64,000 nt of DNA from Gammaproteobacteria bacterium (GTDB lineage: Bacteria > Pseudomonadota > Gammaproteobacteria > Eutrophobiales > Eutrophobiaceae), in contig OZ244905.1 in assembly GCA_965221695.1 (NCBI GenBank), forward strand, positions 2,656,001 to 2,720,000, written 5' to 3'. Both the position numbers and the translations under genes were made by a program. Of the stretch, positions 1 through 9,609 are shown piece after piece; the stretch's first letter is position 1; each line of letters begins with the position of its first letter. The notes beneath the pieces were generated by a model. The model saw only the letters and a list, made by a program, of their open reading frames with translations. It ran no database searches and was not told the DNA's origin.

Positions 1-25
1 GATGGCGGCGGTAGTCCTTGACGCG

Positions 26-571
26 TTACCCCTCCAACTGTTGTTTCAACTCACCCACCGGTTTGATCCAGTCTTCGTCCATACTGACCCGGGTCTTGCC
101 CCAGCCTTCCTTGTAGCTGCACAGGATTTCCTGGGTCAGGGCGGTGTGGGTCAGCTTCCATTCACCGCCGATCCGGATCATTTTGTCATCGTAGTAACCG
201 GCCACCCACACCGGGTCATACTCCCCGGTTCTGGAATTATGCACCGTGGCGGCCTCGAACAGATACCAGCGCGCTGTGGCTGACTGGCAATCATCGGCCA
301 CTTCAATTCTGACCGGCAACAGGCAGTGGAACATCCAGGTGAACGGGTTGACTTCCAGAAACGCGCGAATCTCTGCGTGACCCTGCAGCGTCGTATCCCA
401 GTTGGTGAACTCCATCACTCCATCTTCCGTATACAGGTTGACGAACATGTCAATATCCATGTTCGGGTCGGCAGCCAGGGCAGAGCGCTGTTTAAGATGC
501 CGGATCTCTTCCATTGCTTCCAGTCTTTCCAGGCGTTTTAACAGTTCTTCGGTTTTATTTGAATCGTTCAT
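26..571 (-). CDS. SnoaL-like/NTF2-fold protein (SnoaL_4, BaiE/LinA-like)
   Basis: 181 aa ORF; 'LERLEAMEEIRHLK..A.D....F.NLYTEDG', 'GHAEI', 'GYYDD...GEWKL' are typical of SnoaL_4; overlaps the stop of the upstream LLM gene by 4 nt. Confidence 0.75.
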   Translation of the reverse strand: MNDSNKTEELLKRLERLEAMEEIRHLKQRSALAADPNMDIDMFVNLYTEDGVMEFTNWDTTLQGHAEIRAFLEVNPFTWMFHCLLPVRIEVADDCQSATARWYLFEAATVHNSRTGEYDPVWVAGYYDDKMIRIGGEWKLTHTALTQEILCSYKEGWGKTRVSMDEDWIKPVGELKQQLEG

Positions 572-1656
572 GTGGTCACCTTTTTTTGTAACTCGGGCAT
601 CAAATGATCGGCAAAGAGCTGTTGCGTACGCATGGCTTGTTCTCGCGTCAGACCGCCATAATGGCTGATGATGATCAGCTCATCAAACAGGAAATCCTGG
701 TACAACTCCTCCAGTTTTAATCCCACAGAATCCGGAGTCCCAACGTACAATATGTCATTTTCGATCAATTCATCGTATTCCATTCTGCCGATGTTCGGCA
801 TGAAGTCCATGGTATAGAACTGATATCCGGCGGCTACCAGGCGTTCCCGTTCTGTATCGTTGGATGGGAAGATGGTCATTTGCGGAGCGACGTTATAACG
901 GACAAAGTCAACGGCAGCCTGCCTGACTTCAGCATGGGCTGCTGCTTCGTCTTCGTGCAGGTATATCGCCTTGATAAAGCCGACACTGGGTCGGGTAGAA
1001 GCGTCAGCGCAGGCCTCCCGGTAAACGTCAACCGCTTTCTTGAAAGCCACATTAGGCGCCGGCCCGCCGACCACTACACCCCATTCCTTTTGCGCGGCCA
1101 TGGTAAACCACTTGGCACTGGTGCCCACCTGATAGATTTTCGGGTGGGGCTTCTGTACAGGCTTGGGGACGACGCTGACGTCATTGACATTGAAATACTT
1201 GCCACTATAGGAAAAGCGCTCCTCGGTCCAGGCCTTTTGCAGTATTGCCAGGCTTTCCACGTAGCGCCCCATACTTTCCTCCATGGGCAGGTCAGCCGGC
1301 CCGCATAACCATGGGTGTCCGCGTCCCACGCCGCATTCGATGCGCCCTTTCGTCAGTATATCCACCATCGCAATCTCACCTGCCAGCACCATGGGATTGT
1401 GTAAGGGCAAAGTGTGGCATAAGGCGCGAAAACGCAGGTTTTCGGTACGCTCGGCCAGATGAGTGAATACGGCCAGTGGGTTGGGATTGATCGCAAACTG
1501 CTCATAAAACGGGTGTTCCAATGTAGTGAATACATCGAAACCGACCTGGTCGGAATGTACGGCAAGAGCGAGCACGTCTTCTATCAGACCGGCATGGTCG
1601 CGCCCGGGAGGGCACTGAAATTCGACGTAGGTGCCAAAACGTAACGATTCAGTCAT
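568..1656 (-). CDS. Luciferase-like (LLM class) flavin-dependent monooxygenase
   Basis: 'GFD.F..LEH', 'LPLHNPMVLAGEIAMVDILTKGRIECGVGRG', 'PKPVQKPHP'. Confidence 0.9.
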   Translation of the reverse strand: MTESLRFGTYVEFQCPPGRDHAGLIEDVLALAVHSDQVGFDVFTTLEHPFYEQFAINPNPLAVFTHLAERTENLRFRALCHTLPLHNPMVLAGEIAMVDILTKGRIECGVGRGHPWLCGPADLPMEESMGRYVESLAILQKAWTEERFSYSGKYFNVNDVSVVPKPVQKPHPKIYQVGTSAKWFTMAAQKEWGVVVGGPAPNVAFKKAVDVYREACADASTRPSVGFIKAIYLHEDEAAAHAEVRQAAVDFVRYNVAPQMTIFPSNDTERERLVAAGYQFYTMDFMPNIGRMEYDELIENDILYVGTPDSVGLKLEELYQDFLFDELIIISHYGGLTREQAMRTQQLFADHLMPELQKKVTT

Positions 1657-1726
1657 TGGATATGGTCCGTGTTTTTATCCCGGCTGGTCCGACCCCGCAG
1701 CTCGGAATTTGTATTATACTATAATA

Positions 1727-1753
1727 GGAATCTCTAATTAAGTCAGAGCTTCC
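1727..1753. repeat. Minimal palindromic copy of the IS5-like MITE family (fused terminal repeats)
   Basis: GGAATCTCTAATTAAGTCAGAGCTTCC, nearly identical to 8184-8212 and 48310-48337. Confidence 0.7.
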
Positions 1754-1784
1754 CATAATAAATCAAAAGTGGGAGGAGGTTACC

Positions 1785-2990
1785 ATGTGCGCTGCCGTTG
1801 CTGAAGAAAGACGCTGGGCAAAAACTTATCCCTGGCTGGGGGAAGATCCGGTACCGACCGAACCTTGTATTTCGGAGGACATTTATCACAGGGAGGTGGA
1901 GAAAGTATTCAAAAAAGTCTGGCTGCATGTGGGCCGGGACAATGAATTACCCGAACCGGGCTGCTACAAACTCAAGCGGTTGGAGTTTGCCAGTACCACG
2001 GTGTTATTGATCCGGGGCAAGGACGGCGCGATTCGGGCATTCCATAATACCTGCTCCCATCGAGGAAACACAGTCGTCGTGCCGGAAGGCGAATGGGACA
2101 ACTTTGGGCAGAAAGCGGCCTTCACCTGCCGTTTTCATGCCTGGACCTATAACGACAAGGGCGAGTTAATCGGCGCTCAGGACGAAACCGGTATGCCGCC
2201 GTGTTTCAAAAAGTCAGAAAATGGACTGACTCCCATCCACTGCGATACCTGGGAAGGGTTTATATTTATCAACCTGGATGATAATCCAGCGCAAGGGTTA
2301 CAAGAGTATCTGGGCGCAATGGGCAATCATTTCTCGGGGTTTCCTTACAGCGAAATAGCGCATAATTTTACCTATTACACCTATCTGAACTGCAATTGGA
2401 AGGTGGGGCTGGATGCGTTTGCCGAGGCTTACCATGTGAACACCATCCATGCCGGTTCATTCCCCGGCACGTTTTCGACTGGGTTGCAGATGATTAAACT
2501 ATTGGGCGACCACCGCACCACCGCCGTTTGTTTCAACCCACCCAAGGATGCGCCGCCGGTGGCTGCATTGGCTCAGACCAAGGCGCGCGGATCTTTGGTG
2601 AACAACGTCAGGGAGACGATCCTGCCGCCCAGCTTGAATGACGAAAAACGCGACGATTATGCGTTCGAACTCAGTGTGTTTTTTCCCAACTGGTTGTTGC
2701 ACGTCTCGGAAGGTATCTGGTTCACTCACCAGTTCTGGCCTATCAGTTATGAACGGTGTCTGTGGGAAGGAAAGTATTATGTGATGGAGCCTACCACCAA
2801 CAGTGAAAAATGGGCGCTGGAGCACGCGATGGTATTGCAACGTAATGCCTGGTTGGAAGACACCGCCACAATGGAAGGCACGTTCTATGCGCTCAATTCC
2901 GGCAGCAAAAAATACATGAACCTGCATGATGAAGAAATCCTCGTCAGACATGGTTATCATGTGCTGGAAAAATATCTGAACAACCGCTGA
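1785..2990 (+). CDS. Rieske non-heme iron ring-hydroxylating oxygenase, large subunit
   Basis: Rieske motif CSHRG...CRFHAW; mononuclear Fe motif NWK..LDAFAEAYHVNTIH; C-terminal ED; RBS GGAGG. Confidence 0.93.
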   Translation: MCAAVAEERRWAKTYPWLGEDPVPTEPCISEDIYHREVEKVFKKVWLHVGRDNELPEPGCYKLKRLEFASTTVLLIRGKDGAIRAFHNTCSHRGNTVVVPEGEWDNFGQKAAFTCRFHAWTYNDKGELIGAQDETGMPPCFKKSENGLTPIHCDTWEGFIFINLDDNPAQGLQEYLGAMGNHFSGFPYSEIAHNFTYYTYLNCNWKVGLDAFAEAYHVNTIHAGSFPGTFSTGLQMIKLLGDHRTTAVCFNPPKDAPPVAALAQTKARGSLVNNVRETILPPSLNDEKRDDYAFELSVFFPNWLLHVSEGIWFTHQFWPISYERCLWEGKYYVMEPTTNSEKWALEHAMVLQRNAWLEDTATMEGTFYALNSGSKKYMNLHDEEILVRHGYHVLEKYLNNR

Positions 2991-3000
2991 GGGGGCGGTA

Positions 3001-3342
3001 ATGGCGCAACTGTTACCCGACGGTTTTGCAGAACTGGAAACCTGGGCCAGCGAGTGGGCGAAACCAACACAGAATACCCGCTGGGATAAGCGACTTGCAT
3101 CAACCCGGGGCGATTTAATCGCCTTCTATGAAGCTGTGCTGCCTTATCTGGAGCGCATTCTGCAACATGTCGATGAGTATCCCCTGGGAGAGCTACCGGA
3201 AGCCTCCGCAAGACTGTTTGACCTGGCCTTGATGCATGCGGAAATTGCGCCCAATGTAGAACTGTATGACGGCGACCCGAACGTGCCCCACAGTTTTGAA
3301 GAAAAACGCTTTATTGCGGTGCATGGGGATGACGAACATTAG
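3001..3342 (+). CDS. Conserved small protein following a Rieske oxygenase (paralog of 5791-6141)
   Basis: 113 aa ORF 10 nt after the Rieske gene; aligns by eye over its full length with 5791-6141. Confidence 0.8.
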   Translation: MAQLLPDGFAELETWASEWAKPTQNTRWDKRLASTRGDLIAFYEAVLPYLERILQHVDEYPLGELPEASARLFDLALMHAEIAPNVELYDGDPNVPHSFEEKRFIAVHGDDEH

Positions 3343-3416
3343 AAGGTGAATGACTTGCCTGATTTTGACCGATAATATCAGCAATGCCTTGACTGGCCTG
3401 GAAAGGAGGTTCTGTT

Positions 3417-4544
3417 ATGACCATTAAAGCGGATACATACATCCGAATTGATCGAACGCTGCAACTTGGCGATGAGCCGGAGACGGGGCACAACCGTTGG
3501 CACCCGGATATCCAACCGGCTGCAGAAGTTGATCCGGGGCAGATCATCGGCATGGAAACGCGAGATGCTTTTGACGGACAGTTGAAACCGGAAACCACGG
3601 CGAAAGAGGTTGCCGCCACCAATCTGAACCTGGTGCATCCGTTGACCGGCCCGGTTTATATAAACGGCGCGGAGCCTGGCGATATCCTGGAAATCAACAT
3701 TATGGAAGTGGCGCCGGAGCCGTTTGGTTTCACCGTACAGGTTCCAGGGTTTGGTTTCCTGCGCGATCTGTTTACTGAACCTTATATCGTACATTGGGAT
3801 ATCGCCGACGGCTTTGCCATGTCCGCGGACCTGCCGGGCGTAAAGATACCGGGCGCGCCTTTCATGGGCGTGATGGGTAACGCGCCGTCCCATGAGCTAT
3901 TGGAAGAGACCAACCGGCGGGAAGCAGATTTGCAGGCTCGCGGCGGCATGGTATTGCTGCCGGATACCGCCGATGCCGTGCCCAGAGAGTCGGGTATTGC
4001 CGCCAAGGCTATGCGCACCGTTGCTCCCCATGAAACCGGCGGCAACGTGGATATCAAACAGTTGACTGCCGGCACCACGGTGCGTCTGCCTGTATATACG
4101 CCAGGCGCGCTGTTCTCGGTGGGCGATTCCCACTTCGCTCAGGGAGACAATGAAAGCTGTGGCACCGCAGTCGAGATGAGCGCAACGTTTTACGGTTCGT
4201 TCAAGCTGTTGAAAGGAGAAGCGGCCAGACGCAACATCAAGGATATGCAGTTCTACCGGGATGACTACTTTACTGCGCCGGAAATGGCCGTTCCACAACG
4301 GTTCTTTGCCACGACCGGCCAATCCTGCCGCAAAGATGGCGTGGCGGAAGCAGAGGACGCCACCCTTGCGGCGCGTAACGCCTTGCTGAACATGATTGAA
4401 TATCTGGTGAGCGAGCGGGGTTACAGCGAACAACAGGCTTATGCGATATGCAGTGTCGCAGTAGACCTGAGGATATCGGAAATGGTGGATGTGCCCAATT
4501 TCGTGGTGTCCGCGTTCCTGCCTCTGGATATCTTTACAGAGTAA
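3417..4544 (+). CDS. Acetamidase/formamidase family protein
   Basis: 'GHNRWHPDI', 'HPLTGPVYINGAEPGD', 'ETGGNVDIK', 'GDSHFAQGDNESCGTAVE'. Confidence 0.92.
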   Translation: MTIKADTYIRIDRTLQLGDEPETGHNRWHPDIQPAAEVDPGQIIGMETRDAFDGQLKPETTAKEVAATNLNLVHPLTGPVYINGAEPGDILEINIMEVAPEPFGFTVQVPGFGFLRDLFTEPYIVHWDIADGFAMSADLPGVKIPGAPFMGVMGNAPSHELLEETNRREADLQARGGMVLLPDTADAVPRESGIAAKAMRTVAPHETGGNVDIKQLTAGTTVRLPVYTPGALFSVGDSHFAQGDNESCGTAVEMSATFYGSFKLLKGEAARRNIKDMQFYRDDYFTAPEMAVPQRFFATTGQSCRKDGVAEAEDATLAARNALLNMIEYLVSERGYSEQQAYAICSVAVDLRISEMVDVPNFVVSAFLPLDIFTE

Positions 4545-4549
4545 ACGAC

Positions 4550-5785
4550 ATGACAATTGTTGCCGATGAATTAGAACAAGCAATGCCGTTCACCACCCGC
4601 TATCCCGAGTTGGGTACGGGTCCTGTGGATGTCAAGCCGCTGATCGACCCGGAATTGTTTGAACTGGAACGGGAACGTATCTTCAAGCAGGCTTGGTTAT
4701 ATGTTGCGCGGGCCGAGGAGCTGGCAGAACCCGGCGACTACAAACTGCGCCGCCTGGATGTGGCCGATACGTCTGTGATTATCGTTCGTGGGAAAGACGG
4801 GCAGGCGCGGGCTTTCCATAACATCTGCACCCATCGCGGCAACAAGCTCATCCCGGAAGCCGGCGCCCAATCTCTGGGCCATACGGCCACGCATACCTTA
4901 ACTTGCCGATTCCATGCCTGGACGTTCAATACCGATGGCGCCTTGCGCGGGGTCGCCCGTCAGGAGAATTTTGCCGGCCTGGATAAATCCTGCCTGGGCC
5001 TGAAACAGATACACTGCGAAGAATGGGAAGGCTTCATCTTCATTAATCTTGCCGAACAACCGCGGCAAACCCTGATCGATTACCTGGACGGCATGGCGCG
5101 CCACTTTGCCGGGTATCCGTACCATGAAGCGACTGTGCGATTGCGCTATTCGACCGTGCTGAACTGTAACTGGAAAGTCGCCCTGTATGCGTTCTCCGAA
5201 GGCTATCATGTTCCGACCATTCATAAGGGCACATTTCCCAGCCTGGCGACGCTGGAACATACCGAGTTCCGGTGCTTTGGTCCTCACAGCAGCTCAGGTC
5301 TGTACGTCCCCCCTGTGCCCGGACTGGAACCGACGCCCGTGACGGCAAACCTGGGTGGCAGGTTGATAATGTCGGCGCGGCATCGGCCTCATCTAGAAGA
5401 ACTGCCGGATAATATCAACCCGGAGAAGCGACAGGATCTCCAGTTTGAATTTTCCGTATTCTTTCCGAATACTGTATTGCACCTGGGCGCCGGTAACGGT
5501 TATCCGGGCATGGCCTATTTTCATCACCAATTCTGGCCCATTGCGGTGGATAAAACCCTTTGGGAAGGCACAAACTATTTCAGAAAGCCGGAAACCGTCA
5601 GCGAACGTGTGGCGATTGCCCATACCAACGCGCTGCACCGCAATGCCTGGTTGGAAGACACTTCGACCATGGAAGACACCTACCAGGCCCTGCGCTCCGG
5701 CGTCCTGGAAGAAATGGTCTTGATGGATGAAGAACTGATGATCAGGAATACCCACAAACACTGGCACGAGTATATGGGGCGCTGA
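4550..5785 (+). CDS. Rieske ring-hydroxylating oxygenase, large subunit (paralog of 1785-2990)
   Basis: CTHRG...CRFHAW; NWK...AFSEGYHVPTIH; RNAWLEDT shared with the first copy; start moved to ATG 4550, after the upstream stop. Confidence 0.92.
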   Translation: MTIVADELEQAMPFTTRYPELGTGPVDVKPLIDPELFELERERIFKQAWLYVARAEELAEPGDYKLRRLDVADTSVIIVRGKDGQARAFHNICTHRGNKLIPEAGAQSLGHTATHTLTCRFHAWTFNTDGALRGVARQENFAGLDKSCLGLKQIHCEEWEGFIFINLAEQPRQTLIDYLDGMARHFAGYPYHEATVRLRYSTVLNCNWKVALYAFSEGYHVPTIHKGTFPSLATLEHTEFRCFGPHSSSGLYVPPVPGLEPTPVTANLGGRLIMSARHRPHLEELPDNINPEKRQDLQFEFSVFFPNTVLHLGAGNGYPGMAYFHHQFWPIAVDKTLWEGTNYFRKPETVSERVAIAHTNALHRNAWLEDTSTMEDTYQALRSGVLEEMVLMDEELMIRNTHKHWHEYMGR

Positions 5786-5790
5786 TTGTA

Positions 5791-6141
5791 ATGAGGCCGA
5801 CGACCCTGCTGCCTGAACAATTCTCTGATTTGGAACCTTTTGTCGGAATCTGGGCCTTTCCCACCGAGTTGCAGCGCTCCCAACAACGCTGGGCCGCAAC
5901 CCCGGATGATTACCGGCAGTTCTATGAAGCTATGCTGCCAATGCTGGACGAGATACTGACATACCTCGACCAATTCAAACCGGGTGAAATCCCGTCCTCG
6001 GCCTTGCCTCTATACCACCTGACCCTGGCTTTTGCCGAAACGGCGCCTCACAACGAACTGTATGACTGCAGCAATACAGTCCCAAACAGTTTTGCCGCCC
6101 ACCGGTTCGTGGCCGGACACGGGGAAATCCCGGACCGATAA
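5791..6141 (+). CDS. Conserved small protein following a Rieske oxygenase (paralog of 3001-3342)
   Basis: 116 aa; shared motifs LLP..F..LE, WA.PT, FYEA.LP, AE.AP..ELYD, VP.SF...RF.A.HG. Confidence 0.8.
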   Translation: MRPTTLLPEQFSDLEPFVGIWAFPTELQRSQQRWAATPDDYRQFYEAMLPMLDEILTYLDQFKPGEIPSSALPLYHLTLAFAETAPHNELYDCSNTVPNSFAAHRFVAGHGEIPDR

Positions 6142-6279
6142 CTCCCTTTTGCGCATACGAGCGTCTCGCCCGAATGCTGACACAGACCTTGTTCCGGCGC
6201 CATGTCTGGAACAAGCTATAGTTTCCCCGTTTGCGCAGTCAATGATGCGCAAACGGGTTCTGGGTTGCTGCGATATGGG

Positions 6280-6756
6280 TTAAAAATTATCGCTGATGGT
6301 TGCAAGACCGCCGTCGTAGATACCGGTAATGACTCCCACGGCTTCCTCATCTGTAACGCCTTCCGCCATGAATGTTGATGACCAGTTGATGGTGGTAGTC
6401 ATCGCATCACCTTCAGCCTCGAATGTCGAACTGTAATCCTTGACCGGCAAGGGTCCTTCAATGATTGTATACGAGTACCCGGTAGCCGTTTCACCATCGT
6501 GCCGTTCCTTGAGCTGGGCGCCGTCTCCAAGGGTCAGCATGCGGTAGGTTGTCCCATCCTCTTCCATGATTTCACAGCCCACAACCGCGGGATGCCAGAC
6601 ACTGATGGCGCAGAAATCGCCGGCGTAGTCCCAGACCGCATCAATACTTGCATCGATCTGTATGGACTTGTTGACCTCAAGAGAAGTTGGCGCTTCGGTA
6701 CCGCAACCCGATAAAATAAATGCTATCGGCGCTAAAATAATTGCGATTTTTTTCAT
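6280..6756 (-). CDS. SRPBCC/MxaD-like lipoprotein
   Basis: Start MKKIAIILAPIAFILSGC (lipobox LSGC); 'VW....DF..I..WHP', 'YSYTIIEGPLPVKDY' are SRPBCC motifs. Confidence 0.8.
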   Translation of the reverse strand: MKKIAIILAPIAFILSGCGTEAPTSLEVNKSIQIDASIDAVWDYAGDFCAISVWHPAVVGCEIMEEDGTTYRMLTLGDGAQLKERHDGETATGYSYTIIEGPLPVKDYSSTFEAEGDAMTTTINWSSTFMAEGVTDEEAVGVITGIYDGGLATISDNF

Positions 6757-6861
6757 AGCAAGCTCCTTTAATGTTATGTTTAAGATAAATGTCCAAGCAG
6801 TCATTATAAATCTGTAGAATGAAAAATCATACAGGAATTTTTCACAAATTCAGGAGGAATT

Positions 6862-8154
6862 ATGACAACAGAGTTACATCGCCTCAGCGCTGTTGAAGCA
6901 GCCAAAGGCATTGCCTCACGCGCATTTACCACGGTGGAGCTGGTGACGGCCTGTCTTGAGCGTATCCATGCAAGAGAAGAACAAGTGGGGGCCTGGGCCT
7001 GGTTGGATCCGGATCAAGCGCTGGCGCAAGCCAGGGCTTGTGATGAACGGCCGCGGAAAACGCCATTGCATGGCGTGCCAATCGCAATTAAAGACATCAT
7101 GAATACGGCCGACATGCCTACTTGTTATGGTTCGGATGTGTATGCCGGGCATTATCCGGATGAGGATGCGACATGTGTCCGCCTGCTGCGAGAGTCCGGC
7201 GCAGTGCTCATGGGAAAAACGGTCACCACCGAATATGCTTATTATGCGCCCGGCAAAACCGCCAATCCCCATGCCTTGGGACATACACCGGGCGGATCCT
7301 CCAGTGGCTCAGCGGCCGCGGTGGCCGATTTTCATGTGCCGTTGGCCCTCGGAACGCAAACCTCGGGGTCGATTATCCGCCCGGCAAGTTATACTGGCAT
7401 TCTCGGCTACAAACCGACTTACGACAGTTATTCTCTAGCCGGTGTCCATCCCCTGGCGCCGGCGCTGGACACGCTGGGATCGTTCAGCCGCTCAGTCGCG
7501 GACTTTGCCCTGTTGCATCAGGCGCTAGCGGATAAGGAAATGGCGCTTCCGGTAGCGCGGCGACCCGCTGCCGTTGCCTTTGTGCGCACGCCGGCCTGGG
7601 CTGCGGCCACGGCGCAAACACAGCTTGCAATAAACAATTTTGTCAGCCAACTAAAGTCCGGCGGCATCAATATTATTGAGCCGGATGAGGACCTGTTGCA
7701 GGGCATCATGGAGGTTCAACAGGATTGCCTCGCCCATGGCGCCAGCCAGTCGCTGGGTCCTATCACGGACAGCCACCCGGATAAAACCAGGCCGCAAACC
7801 CGCGCCCTGGTCGCTGAAGGCCGCCGGGTGGATGAGTCTTTCAGCGACCGGATGGCAGCCGCTATGGTCGCAGGCGAACGCTTTCTCAGCGAGGTCTTTG
7901 CCCGCGCAGAACTGATTATTACGCCCAGCGCGGCGGATGAGGCGCCACCGGGTCTGGACAATACCGGCGACCCGATGTTCAACAGGATCTGGACTTTTTT
8001 GAAGACACCATGCATGAATTTGCCGTTGACAAAAGGCGCGCGCGGTTTGCCCGTTGGCGTACAACTGGTTTGCGCCAAGCGTCAGGACGCGCGTTTGCTG
8101 GCTTTTTCCGCATACTTGCAATCCCTGACAGGGTACACTATCGATCAACCATAG
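6862..8154 (+). CDS. Amidase signature family enzyme
   Basis: 'GVPIAIKD', 'TPGGSSSGSAAAVA', 'GTQTSGSIIRPAS' (Ser-cisSer-Lys triad). Confidence 0.95.
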   Translation: MTTELHRLSAVEAAKGIASRAFTTVELVTACLERIHAREEQVGAWAWLDPDQALAQARACDERPRKTPLHGVPIAIKDIMNTADMPTCYGSDVYAGHYPDEDATCVRLLRESGAVLMGKTVTTEYAYYAPGKTANPHALGHTPGGSSSGSAAAVADFHVPLALGTQTSGSIIRPASYTGILGYKPTYDSYSLAGVHPLAPALDTLGSFSRSVADFALLHQALADKEMALPVARRPAAVAFVRTPAWAAATAQTQLAINNFVSQLKSGGINIIEPDEDLLQGIMEVQQDCLAHGASQSLGPITDSHPDKTRPQTRALVAEGRRVDESFSDRMAAAMVAGERFLSEVFARAELIITPSAADEAPPGLDNTGDPMFNRIWTFLKTPCMNLPLTKGARGLPVGVQLVCAKRQDARLLAFSAYLQSLTGYTIDQP

Positions 8155-8183
8155 CATCCGGATGTCTAATTCCAACATACTAA

Positions 8184-8212
8184 GGAACCTCTGAGATTAA
8201 GTCAGAGCTTCC
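8184..8212. repeat. Minimal palindromic copy of the IS5-like MITE family
   Basis: ctaa-GGAACCTCTGAGATTAAGTCAGAGCTTCC-ataa. Confidence 0.75.
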
Positions 8213-8227
8213 ATAATTTTACGGAGA

Positions 8228-9577
8228 GTGGATATGACCACAATGGCGACGAAAGAAGTTCCGTTAAGTCCCGTACAAAAACAGTGGTATGAAACAGCTT
8301 GCAGCAAAATTGACCTGGAGCGGCTGAAGCAGTTGATCTTTGACCTGACTGCAAAACACAGTCCCACCGGCGCCGAACGGGAAGCTTGTGAATTCATGAC
8401 TGACTACCTGAACAGCGTCGGGATCAAGGCCTGTTACCAGCCCATCACGGAGATTTCCGGCAACTGCTACGGTCGGGTAAAAGGATCGGGAGACGGCCCC
8501 ACGCTAATGTTGTATGCGCCTATTGACACCTTGCTGGAAGGCGACCCGGATAAAGACATCCCCCATGCCGGGCCCGAACACCGGGCAGATATGCGCCCGG
8601 AACCCTATATTGACGGCGACCTGGTAATCGGCTTGGGCGCTTCCAACCCGAAATCCATGGTTGCCTTGCTGACCGAAGCCCTGACCTGTGTGGTGGAGGC
8701 TGAGGTTGACCTCAAGGGCGATGTGATCATTGCCACGGCTGGCGGCGGCATGCCCTGGATCGCGCCGGAGCGTAACCATGCCGGCATCAGTAACGGCGTT
8801 AACCACCTGCTGTCCCATGGCGTGACCGCGGATTTCGGCGTGATCTGCAAACCCTGGGATGATATTTACTATGAGCACCCAGGCATGGTGTGGTTCAAGG
8901 TAACCGTATGGGGCACCATGGGTTATGCCGGCATTCCCCGCGGTGTGCCGGGCTTTCGCAGCTCGATCGTCCCCGCGGCAAAGGTGATCCTGGACTTGGA
9001 GGAATGGTTGATTGAATACCCGGACAAACACACCAGCGACCAGGTCAAGCCCCAGGGTTGGATCGCCGCTTTGCGTTGCGGCTGGCCGGACAAACCGGCC
9101 TTCCCCGGCGCGGCAACCGAGATCTGGCTGGATGTGCGCACCAGTCCGCTGCAGAAGGCCGCGGAGGTGGAGCGGGAATTTGACCAGGTAATGAAAGACA
9201 TTGCAGCCAGGCACACTGACGTGGACGCGCAATGGGAAACCATCGTCACCTGCGACGCGTCAGCAACCGACCCGGAGCACTGGGTGGTGCAGTCGGCGCT
9301 GCGCGCCTGGAGTGAAGTGCATGGCGAACCCTATCCCGGCGCCCCGCACATGGCGGGACAGACCGACGCCGCCACCATCAACCGGACTGGTTTCCCACTG
9401 GTGCGTATCGGTTATACCTGGCTGGGCGAAAAAGACATGCCGGCGGAATTCACTGAAGGTCTTGGCGGGATGGGCGTTGCCTGCATCCCCGATTTGGAGA
9501 ATACCATCAAAGAAGCGATCTATACTGTCATCGATTCCTGCACCCGCACTCGTGAAGAAGTCGGGTTGGCGGATTAA
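8228..9577 (+). CDS. M20 (ArgE/DapE-like) fold protein with degenerate metal ligands
   Basis: M20 layout (HSPTGAE, N..GRVKGSG.GPTLML, dimerisation domain, DVR, GQTDA), but canonical metal ligands are replaced. Confidence 0.75.
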   Translation: MDMTTMATKEVPLSPVQKQWYETACSKIDLERLKQLIFDLTAKHSPTGAEREACEFMTDYLNSVGIKACYQPITEISGNCYGRVKGSGDGPTLMLYAPIDTLLEGDPDKDIPHAGPEHRADMRPEPYIDGDLVIGLGASNPKSMVALLTEALTCVVEAEVDLKGDVIIATAGGGMPWIAPERNHAGISNGVNHLLSHGVTADFGVICKPWDDIYYEHPGMVWFKVTVWGTMGYAGIPRGVPGFRSSIVPAAKVILDLEEWLIEYPDKHTSDQVKPQGWIAALRCGWPDKPAFPGAATEIWLDVRTSPLQKAAEVEREFDQVMKDIAARHTDVDAQWETIVTCDASATDPEHWVVQSALRAWSEVHGEPYPGAPHMAGQTDAATINRTGFPLVRIGYTWLGEKDMPAEFTEGLGGMGVACIPDLENTIKEAIYTVIDSCTRTREEVGLAD

Positions 9578-9609
9578 CCCAGGTTGGAAATTATACGGGG
9601 GAGACGCTT

